The notes under the pieces are model-generated. The model was not told where the DNA came from and made no database searches. It saw nothing but the letters and a program-made list of their open reading frames with translations. The position numbers were made by a program, and so were the translations under genes. From the NCBI RefSeq assembly GCF_009914755.1, contig NC_060942.1: a stretch of 64,000 nucleotides of DNA. One strand, 5' to 3'. Positions 44,277 through 57,594 of this stretch are shown in pieces. The stretch's first letter is position 1. Every line of letters begins with the position of its first letter. This DNA comes from the human T2T-CHM13v2.0 reference genome, Homo sapiens.

Positions 44277-44575
44277 GGCTGGGCATGGTGGCTCACACCT
44301 GTAATCCATGAACTTTGGTAGGCCACAGTGGGAGAATCATTTGAGGCCAGGAGTTCAAGATCAGCCTGGGAAACAGTGAGACTCTGTCCCTAAGAAAAAA
44401 TTAAAAATTAGCTGGGTATGTCAATATTCACTTGCAGTCCTAGGTTCTTGGGGTTAGGGGAGTGATGAGGTGGGAGAATCACCTGGGCCCAGGGGTTCAA
44501 GGCTGTAGTGAGCTACGATGGCACTATTCACTCTATCTTGGGTGACAGAGTGAGACCTAGTCTTAAAAAAAGAAG
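44277..44575 (+). mobile_element. AluJ (followed by MIR fragments)
   Basis: Diverged Alu dimer; TSD-like AAGACA flanks. Confidence 0.88.
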
Positions 44576-45519
44576 ACACAGATGTATTTAACTGTGAATT
44601 TGAGTTATTTAACCTCATTGGCCTCAATTTCTTCATTTGTTAAAGGAGATGACAGTAGTTGCTTAGCCTGCCTATTTAAAATAACAACACACTGCAAAAA
44701 AAAAATCATCATAAAGTTCATATTATGATCATAGCATATATCATAATAACTAATGTTTGTTGAACACTTACAATGTTCCAGGGCAGATCTGGTATTTAAC
44801 CATATATTAAAGTATAAAACTCACCTACTGATTGGTAGGTAGCCAATGTCCTCTACTTACATGGCCATCCTTGTTCCTTCTCCAGGGCCAAGGGGGAAGG
44901 GATTCTAGACCTCCTCTCTAGTCCAGCAACAGAAGAAGTAATGCCTGGCACCTCAGCAGATCCCTAGCACCCCATTCCAGTATTACTTTCAGATTGGTTA
45001 TTGCCAGACAAATTGGTGCCTCCAAAGTCTTGAATTTTTGGCCTCTTTTTTTTTTTTTTGGATTTCCTCTTCCTCTTTTCTTAGAGGGCTGGCCTATATC
45101 TTGAACATGGATTTGGCCTGTCCTTGAAGAGGCCCATTGGGCACTGTCTAGGACTCTTCTACCTGCCAAACCACCAGGTAGGCCACTGGGGCTCTTGTGT
45201 GTGGCCCCTACCCTTGAGGGTCCCTGGACCATGATAGTAGATCCGGCACCCAGTAGGCAAACATCTGGTCCCACCTGGCTCTCTGAGGTTGTGGCTGTCT
45301 GCTGCTGGCCAGTACTTCCCCTCTTAAGGCTGTCTGTGGGAACTTCACCCATCATTGGATTTAGTCTGTAGGATCCTGGAGGAGACACCTAGTGAACTGG
45401 TGAGGAGGCCACAATGGAGTCTCTCTCAGACATAGACAAGGTGCTGCTGGCTCTGCTGACATAGTAGGTATCCCTGCGGCAGGAGTGTCTTAGTCCATTT
45501 CTTCTGCTGTAATAAAATA

Positions 45520-46453
45520 CGATCATGAGATGCATAATGTTTTGGTCAACAGACTGCGTATGTGACTGTAGTCCTATAAGATTATAATGGAACTGAAAAA
45601 TTCCTATCACCTAGCGATGTCATAGCCATCATAATGTCGTAGTGCAATTACTTTATTTTTATAAAAATAAATTCAGTGTAGCCTAAGTGTAGCATGTTTA
45701 CAAAGCCTACAGTGTTTACAAAGTCTACAGTAGTGTGCAGTAATGTCCTAGGCCTTCAGCTTCGCTCACCACTCACTCACTGTCTCACCCAGAGCAACTT
45801 CCAGGCCTGCAAGCTCCATTCGTGGTAAGTGTCTGTACACCTGTAAAGGTGTACTATTTTTTTCTCTCTCATACCTCAGTTTTACTGTATCTTTTCTGTG
45901 TTTAGATACACAAATACTTACCATTGTGGTACAGTTGCCTATGGTACTCAGTATAGTAAGATACTGTCCAGATTTGTAGCCCAGGAGGAATAGGCTTTGC
46001 CATCGAGCCCAGGTGTGTAGTAGGTTACAGCATTTAGGTTTGTGTAAGTGCACTCTGTGATGTTCACACAACAAGGAAATCACCTAACAACGCATTTCTC
46101 AGAATGTATCCCCACACTGTCTTTTTTTTTTTTTTTTTGAAACAGAGTCTCACTCTGTTGCCGAGGCTGGAGTGCAGTGGTGCGATCTTGGCTCACTGCA
46201 ACCTCCGCCTCCCATGTTCAAGTGATTCTCCTGCCTCAGCCTGAGTAGCTGGGGTTACAGGCATGTGCCACCAGCCCGGCCAACTGTATTTTCATATCTT
46301 TAGTAGAGATAGAGTTTCGCCATGTTGGCCAGGCTGGTCTTGAACTCCCGACCTCAGGTGATCTGCCCGCCTTGGCCTCCCAAAGTGCTGGGCTATCACA
46401 GGCATGAGCCACCACGCCCGGCCATCCCTACATTGTTAAGTGACATGTGATTG
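45520..46453. mobile_element. Tigger3/MER7-type DNA transposon
   Basis: TA flanks; CTATAAGATTATAATGG, CACCACTCACTCACTG, GCATTTCTCAGAATGTATCCCC motifs. Confidence 0.8.
46121..46423 (-). mobile_element. AluS inside Tigger3
   Basis: Reverse Alu; TSD ATCCCCACACTGT/ATCCCTACATTGT. Confidence 0.95.
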
Positions 46454-48169
46454 TACCTTAGACCAGGTAATTTATAAAGACCACAGTTTTATTTTTCACA
46501 GTTCTAGACACTGAGAAGTTCAAGATCAAGGTGTCTGCAGGTGTGGTTGTCTGGTGAGGGCTTCTCTCTGCTTTTGAGATTGTTCCTTGTGGCTGCATGC
46601 TATCCCCTTTTTCATCTTCTTCTTAGTGGGATGAACGCTGTGTCCTTGTGTGTGGCAGAAGTCAGAGGACAAGAGAGTCAAACACTGTGTATCAGGGCCT
46701 TCATCCTGTTCATGAGAGAGGAGTTCTCACAGCCTAATCACTTCAAATAAAGGCCCCCCTTCTTAATACTCTCACACTGACCATTAAGTGTCAACAATTT
46801 TGGAGGGAACACATTTAAACCATAGTGAAGAGGGAGGACAGGGATAAGTGTGGCCTGTGGGACAACTTCAGGGCTAAAAGATACCCAGGATGTGGGGGAC
46901 CTTTTCACTATCTTTTGAAGTGTGATTCCATTCAGTGGCACAAGTCCTTTAAAATGCACTGAATGCCTGCTTATACCAACATTCAATACTAACGTTATTA
47001 ATAAGTTATCAATAGTAAATTATCAAATATATAATTCCCATACACATTTCTGTGTTATATAAAGCGAAGTAATTACTTGTGAGATCATGTCCAATAGTAA
47101 GCATTATCAGCTCATAAAGCAACCCTTTAGCCCTTTAACTTAAGTGTTTAAAGAAACTGATTTTTATGGAACAGAGGAATTATTAATAAGATTTTAACAT
47201 ACCTGTTATAGTTAGAGCAGTCTCTGGAATATCTCAAAGATGTTAGCATAATTGAAGTACTGATTTTTTTTTTCATGTCCCTAATTTATTCTTTAAGGGA
47301 AAAAGGGACTTCGGAATATTAGGATAGGTATTCTACTAAAAGCATGATTATTGATCACTGTCGTTGAAAATGCACTGTATTAGTAGTAGACATGCACCTG
47401 GTTGTGATCTGTTTCTAGTGCTTTCACAACCACTCACTAGTTATGTAACTAGGAAAATGTATGACTAGAAAGCAGTGACACTAGCATTTTCTCTGCTAGT
47501 AAAAAATACTAGAATCTCTCTAAACCCTTTTAGTTCTAACATGTATGATTAGATCACATTGTTGTAACTGGAAAGAAAGTTTTAAATACTAGTGAAGGTT
47601 TGACTTAAACTTCTCTACCTGATGTTGCTTTTGGTCAACAAGGTGTATAGCAGGCTGTCATCTCTGAGACAGACGAAAGAATCACCAGTATAACATGAAC
47701 TCTAAAAGAAATAAAATGAATATATTCACCAAAGAAACGTTATCTCAATTTTAAAAATTTTCTTTGTGTTGAAAAATTTTTGACACAGCTGAGAACCAAA
47801 GTCGCTGTGACTTATTTTACACAGAACCATTGCAGTGCTAAAACTTGTTATTATTCCAATAAATTAAATGGCAATGTATTGTCTTTTAGGTTAAATACTA
47901 TGTGCGCTTGCATTGTGACTATTCCATGTGATTTTCATTGTGGCAAATAAGTCACATACTTGCTTGTAAGTTTTTCTTACTACTACTAATAAACATTTGG
48001 ATGCTCAATTGTGAGTGAATATTATATATATATAATATTCCTTGATTATTTCAATGTATATCACACTCCAAATTAACCACTAAAATATACTTTACCACAT
48101 AAAATGCAGTACTTACAAAAAGGTAGTACAAGTTGACATGTGCTACCTTTATTAGTCCAAATTTCAAAG

Positions 48170-49410
48170 GGCTGGATATCTACATGTAAAGTAATGAATT
48201 TGAACCCTTGCTTATATCATTTACAGAAATTAACTGAGAATGGCTTAAAGATCTAAATAATGGAGGTAAAACTCTTAGAAGAAAACATATAGGAATAAAT
48301 CATCATAACCTTGGATTTGGCAATGGTTTCTTGGGTATGACACCAAAAACATAAGCAACAAAAGAAAAAAATAGATAAATTGGACTCGAGTATGAAACTT
48401 TTTACATCAAAGGACACTACCAAGAAAGTAAAAAAGAATTGGAGCAAATCTTTGCAAGTCGTTTAGCTGATAAGGATCTAGTATTCAGACTACATAAAGA
48501 GTTCCTAGAACTCAATAACAAAGAGAAAATCGAATGCAATAATGGCCCAAGGATTTGAGTACACATTTTCCCAGAGAATATTTACAAATGGCCAAGAAAC
48601 CCATGAAAATACACTCAACATCATTAGTCATTAGGGAAATACAAATCAAAACCACAATGAGATACCTTTTCATACCCACAAAGATGGCTATGATCAAAAA
48701 CGGAAAATAAACATTGGTGAGGACATGGAGTGACTAGAACCCTTGACCATTTCCAGCGGGAATGTAAAATGTGCAGCCATTGTGGGAAACAGTTTGTTGG
48801 TTCCTCAAAAAGCTAAACATAGAGTTACTATATAACCCAGCAATTCCACTTCTGGGAATATACCTAAAAGATTGAAAACAGGAGCTCAAAAAAAAAATAA
48901 CTCATACATGAATGTTCATAGCAATAATGTTCATAATGGTCAAAAGGTGAAAACAATACAGATATTCATCAACTGATTAAGGGGTAAACAAAATGTGGTC
49001 TATCCATAGAATGAAATATTCTTCAGCCATAAAAGAATGAAGTACTGATATACGTTACAGCATGAATGAGCTTTGATAGTAATAAACTAAATGAAAAAAG
49101 CCAGACACAAAAAGCCATGTATTGTATGTTTCTATTTATATGAAATATCCAGAACAGACAAATTCATAATGATATAAAACAGATTACTGATTGCCAGGGG
49201 CTGGGGGTGAGGCTGGAGGGAATGGTGAGTGATTGCTTAATGGGTATAAAGTTTCCTTTTGGAGTGATAAAAATGTTCTGGAACTAAATAGTGGTGATGG
49301 TTACAAAACACTGTGAATGTATTGTGTGCCACTGAATTATATAAACTTTAAGATGATTACAACAGTGATTTTATGTTTTCTGAATTTTATCGCAATAAAA
49401 AAGAAGAAAT
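48170..49410 (+). mobile_element. L1MB-type 3' portion
   Basis: L1 ORF2 and 3'UTR motifs (CAAATCAAAACCACAATGAGATAC, AATAGTGGTGATGGTTAC). Confidence 0.85.
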
Positions 49411-50016
49411 GAAAGGACTGTTTTAAAAAATAAAGTCTATTTTATAAGTTCAAAATGATCAAGTTAAAAGTCTGAAATTTGAGTTGCAGCTTTAAGTGAC
49501 CTATGACCCGATGTTTGTGTAAAATTTATCCATAAGTCTCGTCTATCCAATTTCTTCTTATTTGGCATTGTGGTAATCCAGATTTAAATGAAATGAGAAA
49601 AGATTATGGAATCCATTGACCTGTAGTGGTATATGAAAAAGTAATTTAATCTTCATATAATTGAATCAAGGAGGCTCAGATATGATGTTTCACTTAGTGA
49701 AAATCCCCTCTTGCTAAATTATAAATAGTCAGAGTTTCCACTGTATTTTCTTGTGAACTTCCTGAAAAGCTCTTAGAAGCTACATGGTGGTGGTAGTGGT
49801 GATGATGGTGGTGGTGGTCTGTGTATTTTATTATAATTTTTTAGAAGAATTTTCCTAGGTCTATGTAAGGCACCTGAAATTTAACTTTACCATAGAATTT
49901 TCAGATCATTACTGGAAGAATGATGCTACTTCCCATGTTGTTTAAATTACGGAAGTGACTATGTTGTCTTAAATATAATTCTAATATTTATTTTACCTCA
50001 TTCATTCTTTGATTAG

Positions 50017-50387
50017 TGGATTAGTCCATTCTCATGCTGCTAATAAAGACATACCCAAGACTGAGTAATTTATAAAGGAAAGAGGTTTAATTTACTCACC
50101 GTTCTGTAGGGCTGGGGAGGCCTCAGAAAACTTACAATTACGGGGGAAGGGGAAGCAAACATGTCCTTCTTCATAGGGCAGCAGCAAGGAGAAGTGCTGA
50201 GCAAAGGGGGAAAAGCCCCTTATAAGACGGTCAGATCTCATGAGAACTCACTATCATGAGAACAGCATAAGGGTAACTGCCCCCATGATTAAATTACCTC
50301 CCACCAGGTCCCTCCTATGACATGTGGGTATTATGGGAACTATAATTCAAGATGTGATTTGGGTGGGGACACAGCCAAACCATATCA
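50017..50387 (-). mobile_element. THE1 solo LTR (MaLR)
   Basis: ATTAGTCCATTCTCATGCTGCTAATAAAGACATACCC...CAGCCAAACCATATCA; TSD ATTAG/GTTAG. Confidence 0.92.
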
Positions 50388-51896
50388 GTTAGGTAATAGG
50401 GCACATTGTACAAATACAAGAGTTGTGAGAAGCCTTACTTCAGAGGACATTCTCCCTCCTGCCACGAGCTCTCATTCATTCAGTTCTCTTCCCCAGATTC
50501 TTGAGGACTCTTCTGGAGATTTCAGTGCACGTACAATAAAATAAGTATGTTTTACACAAATGACATCTATTACGTAACAATCTTCTGAACTTTAAACAAA
50601 TTTAATATATGTTTTTGTAGGTTGTTACATACCTGCTTTTATAGATCTCACTAAAAAAGGGAAGGAATGGCAATGTTATGCTTGAATATTTGTTAAATCT
50701 CAAAACATTTAATTTGACTTCAGATATAACTTTTGCTACTTAGTTATTAAGAACAAAGGTCATTATGCTATCCCTGTAATGTTGTCTAACATTTTGGCAC
50801 CTTTTGCTCTTAAACATTTGTGTTTCTGAATAATTTTTGTGTGATTGTAGTTTGAGATTCGGGCTTTGTCTATATAAAGCCAAAATAAGCACTCAGTTAA
50901 CAAATGCTCTTTTTTCTGTGATGCTAGCTAGGTAACCCTACCTTTTATTTTAAATGATGGACTTTTATTGCCATTGTGTAGCCCTGGCCTTATATATTTG
51001 TTCAAACACTTTTTCCAGGTTTTCATCCTTCCCCTAAGTACACTCTATTTTGCCCTAAACTAATACTCATTTTTGAAAATTTTCATTATAAGTGACATAA
51101 CTGCTAAAAGAGTCATGCTTTTACTTGAATCCAAATGTTTAATTTTAAGAATATTGGTCAGTAGCCAAAAACCTGTGAAATAGAAAAGTGGCAAAATAAC
51201 GTGAGCCATTTTTCTCTAAAGAAATTATGCTGAAAGTCAAGGATGACTTAAATTCTTCACAAGGCTCCTAACACACTCTGTAGTTTTATTCACATGTATA
51301 AAAAACAAAGCAAAAGAATTATACTTTCTAAGAAAAACCTGACAAAATAACAAAATGCCTGATATTAGTATAATAAATTGATATAAATTAGTATTCAAGA
51401 GATTGCACTTCTTCAAGGTATAAATTGACTCCCACAAATAAGAGCCAAAGAGTTGTCTTGAGGCTCTTTTGTTGATTTACATATTAATCTTCCTGTAACT
51501 GAATATAATTTAATTTAGCATCATTTAAAAACATATGCAAAATGGCATACTTTATAACTAAATGATTATTTTAAAATGTTTTATTCCAATTGACATAATT
51601 CTACGACACTCTTTTGAATGTGGAGAAATCATTTAGTCTTGGTAAAATGCACCAATTTTCTAGCATCATAGTTTAGTTTTTCCCATTTATTATAGTTATT
51701 GCTACTGTGCAGAGTCATGCAAATAAAAACAAAAATGAAAGATAATTTTAAACAATAGTAATAGTTAACTTTTATTGAGCATTTGTTATGTGCATGCTAC
51801 TATAAGGTAAATTTACTATAAGGTAAATTCTGAGATACTGGGCATTAGGACTTTGGCATAGGAATATTGGGCAAATACAACTCCACACATAATAAT

Positions 51897-52316
51897 TGTT
51901 AAAGTAAATTAAAATGGAGCTCAGTCCTGAACACTCCTGAGCCCACAAAGCCAGTTAGGTAGGCCTCAGAAGTGACCTTAACCTTGCTCAATTTGCAAAC
52001 GTAAGCAAAACTTAAGGTACTTCTCATAAATGCCTATGTAAAAGAAAAATAAAACTTAAGGATAACCAATCAAAAGTTACCAAATAGTTCATATAAGTAG
52101 GAATTTTCCAGCAGGATAGACTAAATAAGGCAACTATGCGACTATAACCAATCAAATATTTTCTTTGCTTTACATCCATGTTCATCCAATAAAAGCCTTC
52201 CCCTTGTGTTCCTTTGCAGAGTCCAAAACCAAGTTTGGTTTAGTGCTTCCTGATTCATGAGTCGCTGTTTGCTCAAACAAACTAAAATTGATTGTGCCTC
52301 AGTGTGCCTTTTAACA
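51897..52316 (+). mobile_element. ERV solo LTR (LTR47-like; family uncertain)
   Basis: TGTTAAAG...TTTAACA inverted termini, two AACCAATCAAA boxes, AATAAA. Confidence 0.75.
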
Positions 52317-52349
52317 CAACAGTCAACCCAACTCTATAAGACAGCATCT

Positions 52350-52740
52350 TTGTCTTTTTGGGCTGCCATAACAAACCATAAACTGGGTGGGTGGCTTATA
52401 AACAACAGAAATTTATTTTTCATAGTTACGAATGCTGGAAGTCCAAGATCAAGGAAGATTAGGTGTCTGGTGAGGGCCTGCTTTCTGGTTCATAGATGGC
52501 ACCTTCTTGCTGTGTCCTTACATACTGGAGGGAGCAAGGAAGCTCTCTAGGGTCACTTTTATAAGGGCACTAGTAGATTAAATAAGGTAGCCATGTGACT
52601 ATAACCAATCAAATTGGTTACAGCCTATCACTTCCCAACACTCACTATCCCCCACCAATACTATCACGCTGGGGGTTAGGATTTCAGCGTGTGAATTTTT
52701 TTTGGGGGGGGGTTGGTGCACGAACATTGAGGCTATAGCA
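52350..52740 (-). mobile_element. MLT1 LTR containing a short foreign insert
   Basis: GGGCTGCCATAACAAACCATAAACTGGG...GTCCAAGATCAAG...GGTTAGGATTTCAGC motifs. Confidence 0.85.
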
Positions 52741-53439
52741 GGGAGGTATATTTGTTTTCTCCAATAATTAGACGGGAAAACTAAGGTAGAGAGAGACTCA
52801 GTCGCTTGCCCAAGCTAGAGGAAAAAGCAACAGTGCTGGAATTTGAATACAGGCAGTCGAGCTTCAGAGCCTACAGTGTCTCTATTTTATTATTCTTTTA
52901 AAGTGCTTCAGGATTTATTTTAATATTTTTTACTTTCGCATTAATACTCAAATGAGTTTATTCTATCTAAGATCAATTTTCCACTTGATCACTGGATTTT
53001 TTTTTTAACCTCAAAGTCTTTTGGAGTTTACTTTTTACCACTAACTACATGTTCCTCTTAATGCTATCAAAAATTCATGGCAGTCTTGCTTTGCTTATGA
53101 TCTTGGTAACAATTTATGTATTTATTTTAGAAGCCTAATTGACTAACTTATCTAAAATATCAAATCAAGTTGATCTAAATTGAATCAAATGTATGAAGTT
53201 GCATCAAACCAGTACTCTAGGTCACAACCTACTTGTGCTGTTCTTGAAGACATTTTGAAAAGAAACAAAGAGCAAACACTATACATCTTCTGCTCCTCTA
53301 CTTGATATGTGAATGAGAATTCACATTATTCTTCCAAGAAGGCAAAAGCTGCTGAGACACACTCTACAAACAGGCAGGACTTTGTGCATGCTGTAGAAAT
53401 AAACTTCCTCACTCTTGGGAGTTTCAATGTAAAAACTGT

Positions 53440-53635
53440 CAGGGGATTGGATGGTAGAGTTGGCAGTCGGTCAAAGGATACAAAATTTCAGTTAAGGGGA
53501 AAGAATTCAAAAGACCTATTGTTCCACTATTGTGGCTATAGTTAATAACAATGTATTGTATGCTTGGAAATTGCTAAGAGAGTAGATTGTAAGAGTTCTC
53601 ACACAAAAAAAACAAAACAAAACAAAACAAAAAAC
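53440..53635 (+). mobile_element. L1MA 3' terminal fragment with (AAAAC)n tail
   Basis: CAAAGGATACAAAATTTCAGTTA...ATTGCTAAGAGAGTAGAT. Confidence 0.75.
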
Positions 53636-54839
53636 CCCAAACGCCCAACCTGTCAAAAGTACAGAGGGGAAGTAATTGATGGAGTTGCTGTTTCAAACAC
53701 CAGCAGAATATATTAGATAATGAACAGTGGTTTTGTCAGGAAAAGAGGCCACCCCTGCATCCCAAGTTAGAGCTATTGGCTACAACCTCCACATTCCAAC
53801 CTGCAGAAAGCGGGATGGGAAGGGTTAACACAACCTGGAAGTTGCACAGGTTCCTTTTGCTCACATCTTATTAGCAAAAGCTTTGTCATATGGCTACACC
53901 TAGTTGCAGGAGAAGGCAGGAGAATTCTAAGTTGAAAATTTTATTAATAGGAAAGAAGAGAACACGAATATTGAGAGAGGTGAATAGCAACGTCTACCGT
54001 AAATATGATCAAAATAGGCCCTGTGGCAATACAATTTCACAATAAAGGAGTGCTGTACTTTGAATGGAAAGAAACAATCTGTCATTTGTAATAAAACGTA
54101 GTAAACCTTTCAAGTACACACACCATTTTTTAAAAATGATATAATACATTCAAGTACCCATTACTCATCTTTAAAAATTATTAGTTCTGACATAAGTTCA
54201 TCTTTCCCCCACTCAAATGTAAGCCCCTTCTCTCCACTGTTTTGGAGCAAGTTCCTGGCATTGTATAATTTTATCCATAAATAGATAAGTATATATTTCC
54301 ATAAGACTGGTGTATTTTAAAAAACACAATCACAATACCATTGCTGTATTTCTAAAATATTAAAGATAATAATTTAATAAAATCAAATATCTATTCAGTG
54401 GTCAAATTTCCCTGATTCGTTTCATAAATGTTTTCTTATTTTTATAGTTATTTGTTCAAATTAGGATCTAAATGAAGTATGCAATTTGGTGGACATAGCT
54501 TACCTTTTAACCTGCAAATTGTGCTTTCATTTCTTTTTCTTTTCTCTCAGTTTCTTTTGTTGAAAAATGTTATTTGATATAGAATTTCTTATATTCTGGA
54601 CTTTTCTGATAGCATTCCTGCAGTGTTTCTCAATGTATTTCTCCCTCCCTTATTTCCATAGATTAGTAGTATATAATATGTGGTTGTTTCTTCATGTATT
54701 ATTAGCAGTCATTGACAATCATCACCTAGATCCACTAAGCATTTGATATTGCACAGGAGCAATATTCTAATTTTTGTTTTTAATTAGAGACAGGGTCTCA
54801 CTGTGTCACCCAGGCTGAAGTACAGTGATGTGATCACAG

Positions 54840-55621
54840 TGTGTCCAGAATTAGTTCCTTCCAGTGGGTTCTTGGTCTCACTGACTTCAAGAATGACGCT
54901 GTGGACCCTTGCGGTGAGTGTTAAAGTTCTTAAAGATGGTGTGTCCGGAGTTTGTTCCTTCAGATGTTCAGATGTGTCCAGAGTTTCTTCCTTCTGGTGG
55001 GTTCGTGGTCTTGATGACTGCAGGAGTGAAGCCGCACACCTTCGCAGTGAGCGTTACAGCTCTTAAAGGCTGTGTGTCCAGAGTTGTTCGTTCCTCCCAG
55101 TGGGTTCGTGGTCTCACTGGCTTCAGGAGTGAAACCGCAGACCTTTGCGGTGAGTGTTACAGCTTACAAAGGTACTGCGGCCCCAAAGAGTAAGCAGCAG
55201 CAAGATTGATTGCAAAGGGCAAAAGAACAAAGCTTCCACAGCATGGAAGGGGACCTAGAGGGTTGCGGCTGCTGGCTGCGGTGGCCAGCGTTTATTCCCT
55301 CACTTGGCCCTGCCCACATCCTGCTGATTGGTCCATTTTGCAGAGTGCTGATTGGTCCATTTTACAAAGTGCTGATTGGTCCGTTTTTAAAGAGTGCTGA
55401 TTGGTGTGTTTACAAACCTTTAGCTAACACAGAGTGCTGATTGGTGCATTTACAATCCTTTAGCTAGACAGAAAATTCTCCAAGTCCCCACCCAATTGGT
55501 GCGTTTACAAACCTTTAGCTAGACACAGAGCGCTGATTGGTGCATTTACAATCCTTTAACTAGACAGAAAAGTTCTCCAAGTCCCCACCTGACCCAGATG
55601 CCCAGCCGGCTTCACCTTTCA
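54840..55621 (-). mobile_element. HERV9 solo LTR (LTR12 family)
   Basis: TG...CA termini; 4-bp TSD ACAG at 54836-54839 and 55622-55625; LTR12 U5 repeats (GTGAGTGTTACAGCT) and U3 GCTGATTGG repeats. Confidence 0.93.
55291..55540 (-). promoter_or_regulatory. LTR12 U3 promoter: six CCAATCAG (NF-Y) boxes and TATA-like AATAAA
   Basis: CTGATTGG at about 55324, 55348, 55372, 55397, 55437 and 55533; TTTATTCCC at 55291-55299. Confidence 0.65.
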
Positions 55622-57594
55622 ACAGCTCACTACCTTCTTGACCTCTTGGGCTCAAATGATACTTTCATCTCAGCCTTCCAAGTAGCTGGACCTACAGGCG
55701 TGTGCCACCATGCCTGGCTAATTTTTTTTTACTTTTTATAGAGTCAGGGTTTTGCTATGTTGCATAGGTTGATTTCAAACTCCTGAGCTCAAGTGATCCT
55801 CCTGCCTCGGCCTACCAAAGTGTTGAGATTACAGGCGTGAGCCACAGTGCCTAGCTTGGTAACCTAATTCTATCACTCTTCATTTGTTAGCCATAGTGCT
55901 TCTATAAAAATACTTCTCTATGTGTTTATATATTCTATATTTAAAATTTATTTAAATATATATATCTTCTATATATTTAAATAAATACAAATATACATAA
56001 CATATAAATGTATAAATATATATTTATATATTTAAATACATTTTAACTTTATATATTTAAGTATATTAATCTTTTGATTACCCCAAATTATATTCTATAT
56101 AGAAAAGAGAATAAATTCTTAATTTCCCTTATGTGCCAGCTCAGAAAATAATCAGTTGGTTTCCTAATATTGTCCAAAGGTAATCAATGAGTTTCATTTT
56201 TCTTTTGGAATATTATGGACATAGATGTAAATATATTTGATATTTTTAAGTCCATTGTAGATATGCTTATAGATACCCAAATTTTAAACTTTTGCAGGGA
56301 AAGAGTCTCTTGTAGAATTACTTCAGAGTCCTATAAAGACCTTCATAACGTGCAGATGCTTCTTGGCTTTTTGATATGACAAAACGTTTCAGGCTTATCT
56401 TGTACATTTTCTGTTCTCCATTTAAAAATAAATGAATGAATGGGATCAAACTTTTGTATGTTACTTACTGAAATGCTCTACACATTTCTTATTAAATATC
56501 TCATAATGTATTTTTTCTAGAACATTATTTTAATATTTGCATAGTAGTCCCATTGTATGATATAATTTATTTAAATAACTCTATTGTTTATTTCCAGTTC
56601 AGAATTATAAATAACACTGAGTGAATACCCATGTGTTAAATATTTGCATGTATCAATACTGATACGATTGCTAAGAAAACAGTATGAACAGCTTAAAGGT
56701 TTTTGATACATATTGCCAAAGTATTTTCCAGAATATTTGTGTTAATTTGCATTTCAACCATCGTTAAAAATCTTTGAAAAAATTAAATGTTGGCATACCA
56801 TTTCACTACACCACATGGATAATTTTCATTTAAAAATTCTGGCCAATGCAATAAACACAAATTTTATTCCTTTTATTACCAGTCAGATGAAATGTTTTCA
56901 TTATCTTTTGAATAATCAATTTATTCTTTTGTGAATTGTCAATTTATACCTCTCTAGGGTTTTTTTGTACTGGGTTTTTTTATTTCAGTAGTTATTTATG
57001 AGCCCTAAATTTATTAACTCTTGGTCCATTTTGTGGTTTGCTAACATTTTTCCCAGTTTTTAATTTGATTTTTAATTTTACTTTTCATAATTTTGACATC
57101 CAATAGCTTTAAATGTTCATATATTTATCAATTTTTATCTTTATTATATTAGTCTTTTGTTTGGAACTTAAAAAGATCTCAACCCAACACAATTCCTGAT
57201 AATTCTTAAACAACTCACTTCAAAGTAACACACTTTCAGTGACATTTACCTTATATTGTCATTGCTTGAAGGCAGCTGTACAAATTTTTCTTTATACTCG
57301 ATATATTCTTCAACTCAGGATAAAAACCACTCAGAGATGTATAACCCAGATATTTTATGGACAGTTCTAAACAAACTTTCCTTCAAGGCATGACAAATTA
57401 CACAGAATACCAGTTTCTCTTAATATTTTCTACTGGAATATTTCAAAAGCAAAGGAAAGTGATTGTATACATCCAGCAGAAGTGTCAGCAGAGCCTTAGC
57501 CAAGTATAACAAGCAAAATGATTCTTTGAATTTTTATTTTAAAGCATAAACACTTATGAAAAGTTTACCTTTCACTTCCAAAGACATCTGTTTG

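Larger units (their letters stand above)
45486..46827 (-). mobile_element. MaLR LTR (MST/MLT1A-like) split by a Tigger3 element
   Basis: TGTCTTAGTCCATTT start; LTR resumes at 46456 (GGTAATTTATAAAGA...AAACCATAG); TSD AGGAG/AAGAG. Confidence 0.8.
54770..55855 (-). mobile_element. AluJ split by LTR12
   Basis: Alu reads ...GTGATCACAG| insert |ACAGCTCACT... and continues to 55855. Confidence 0.9.

Noticed and set aside
55320-55600. Regularly spaced short repeats that superficially resemble a CRISPR array
   Set aside because: Known tandem U3 repeats of LTR12 in primate DNA; no unique spacers and no cas genes.
55920-56070. AT-rich quasi-palindromic tract (also 33930-34105 and 7076-7130)
   Set aside because: Low-complexity (TA)n-derived sequence; self-complementarity is compositional.
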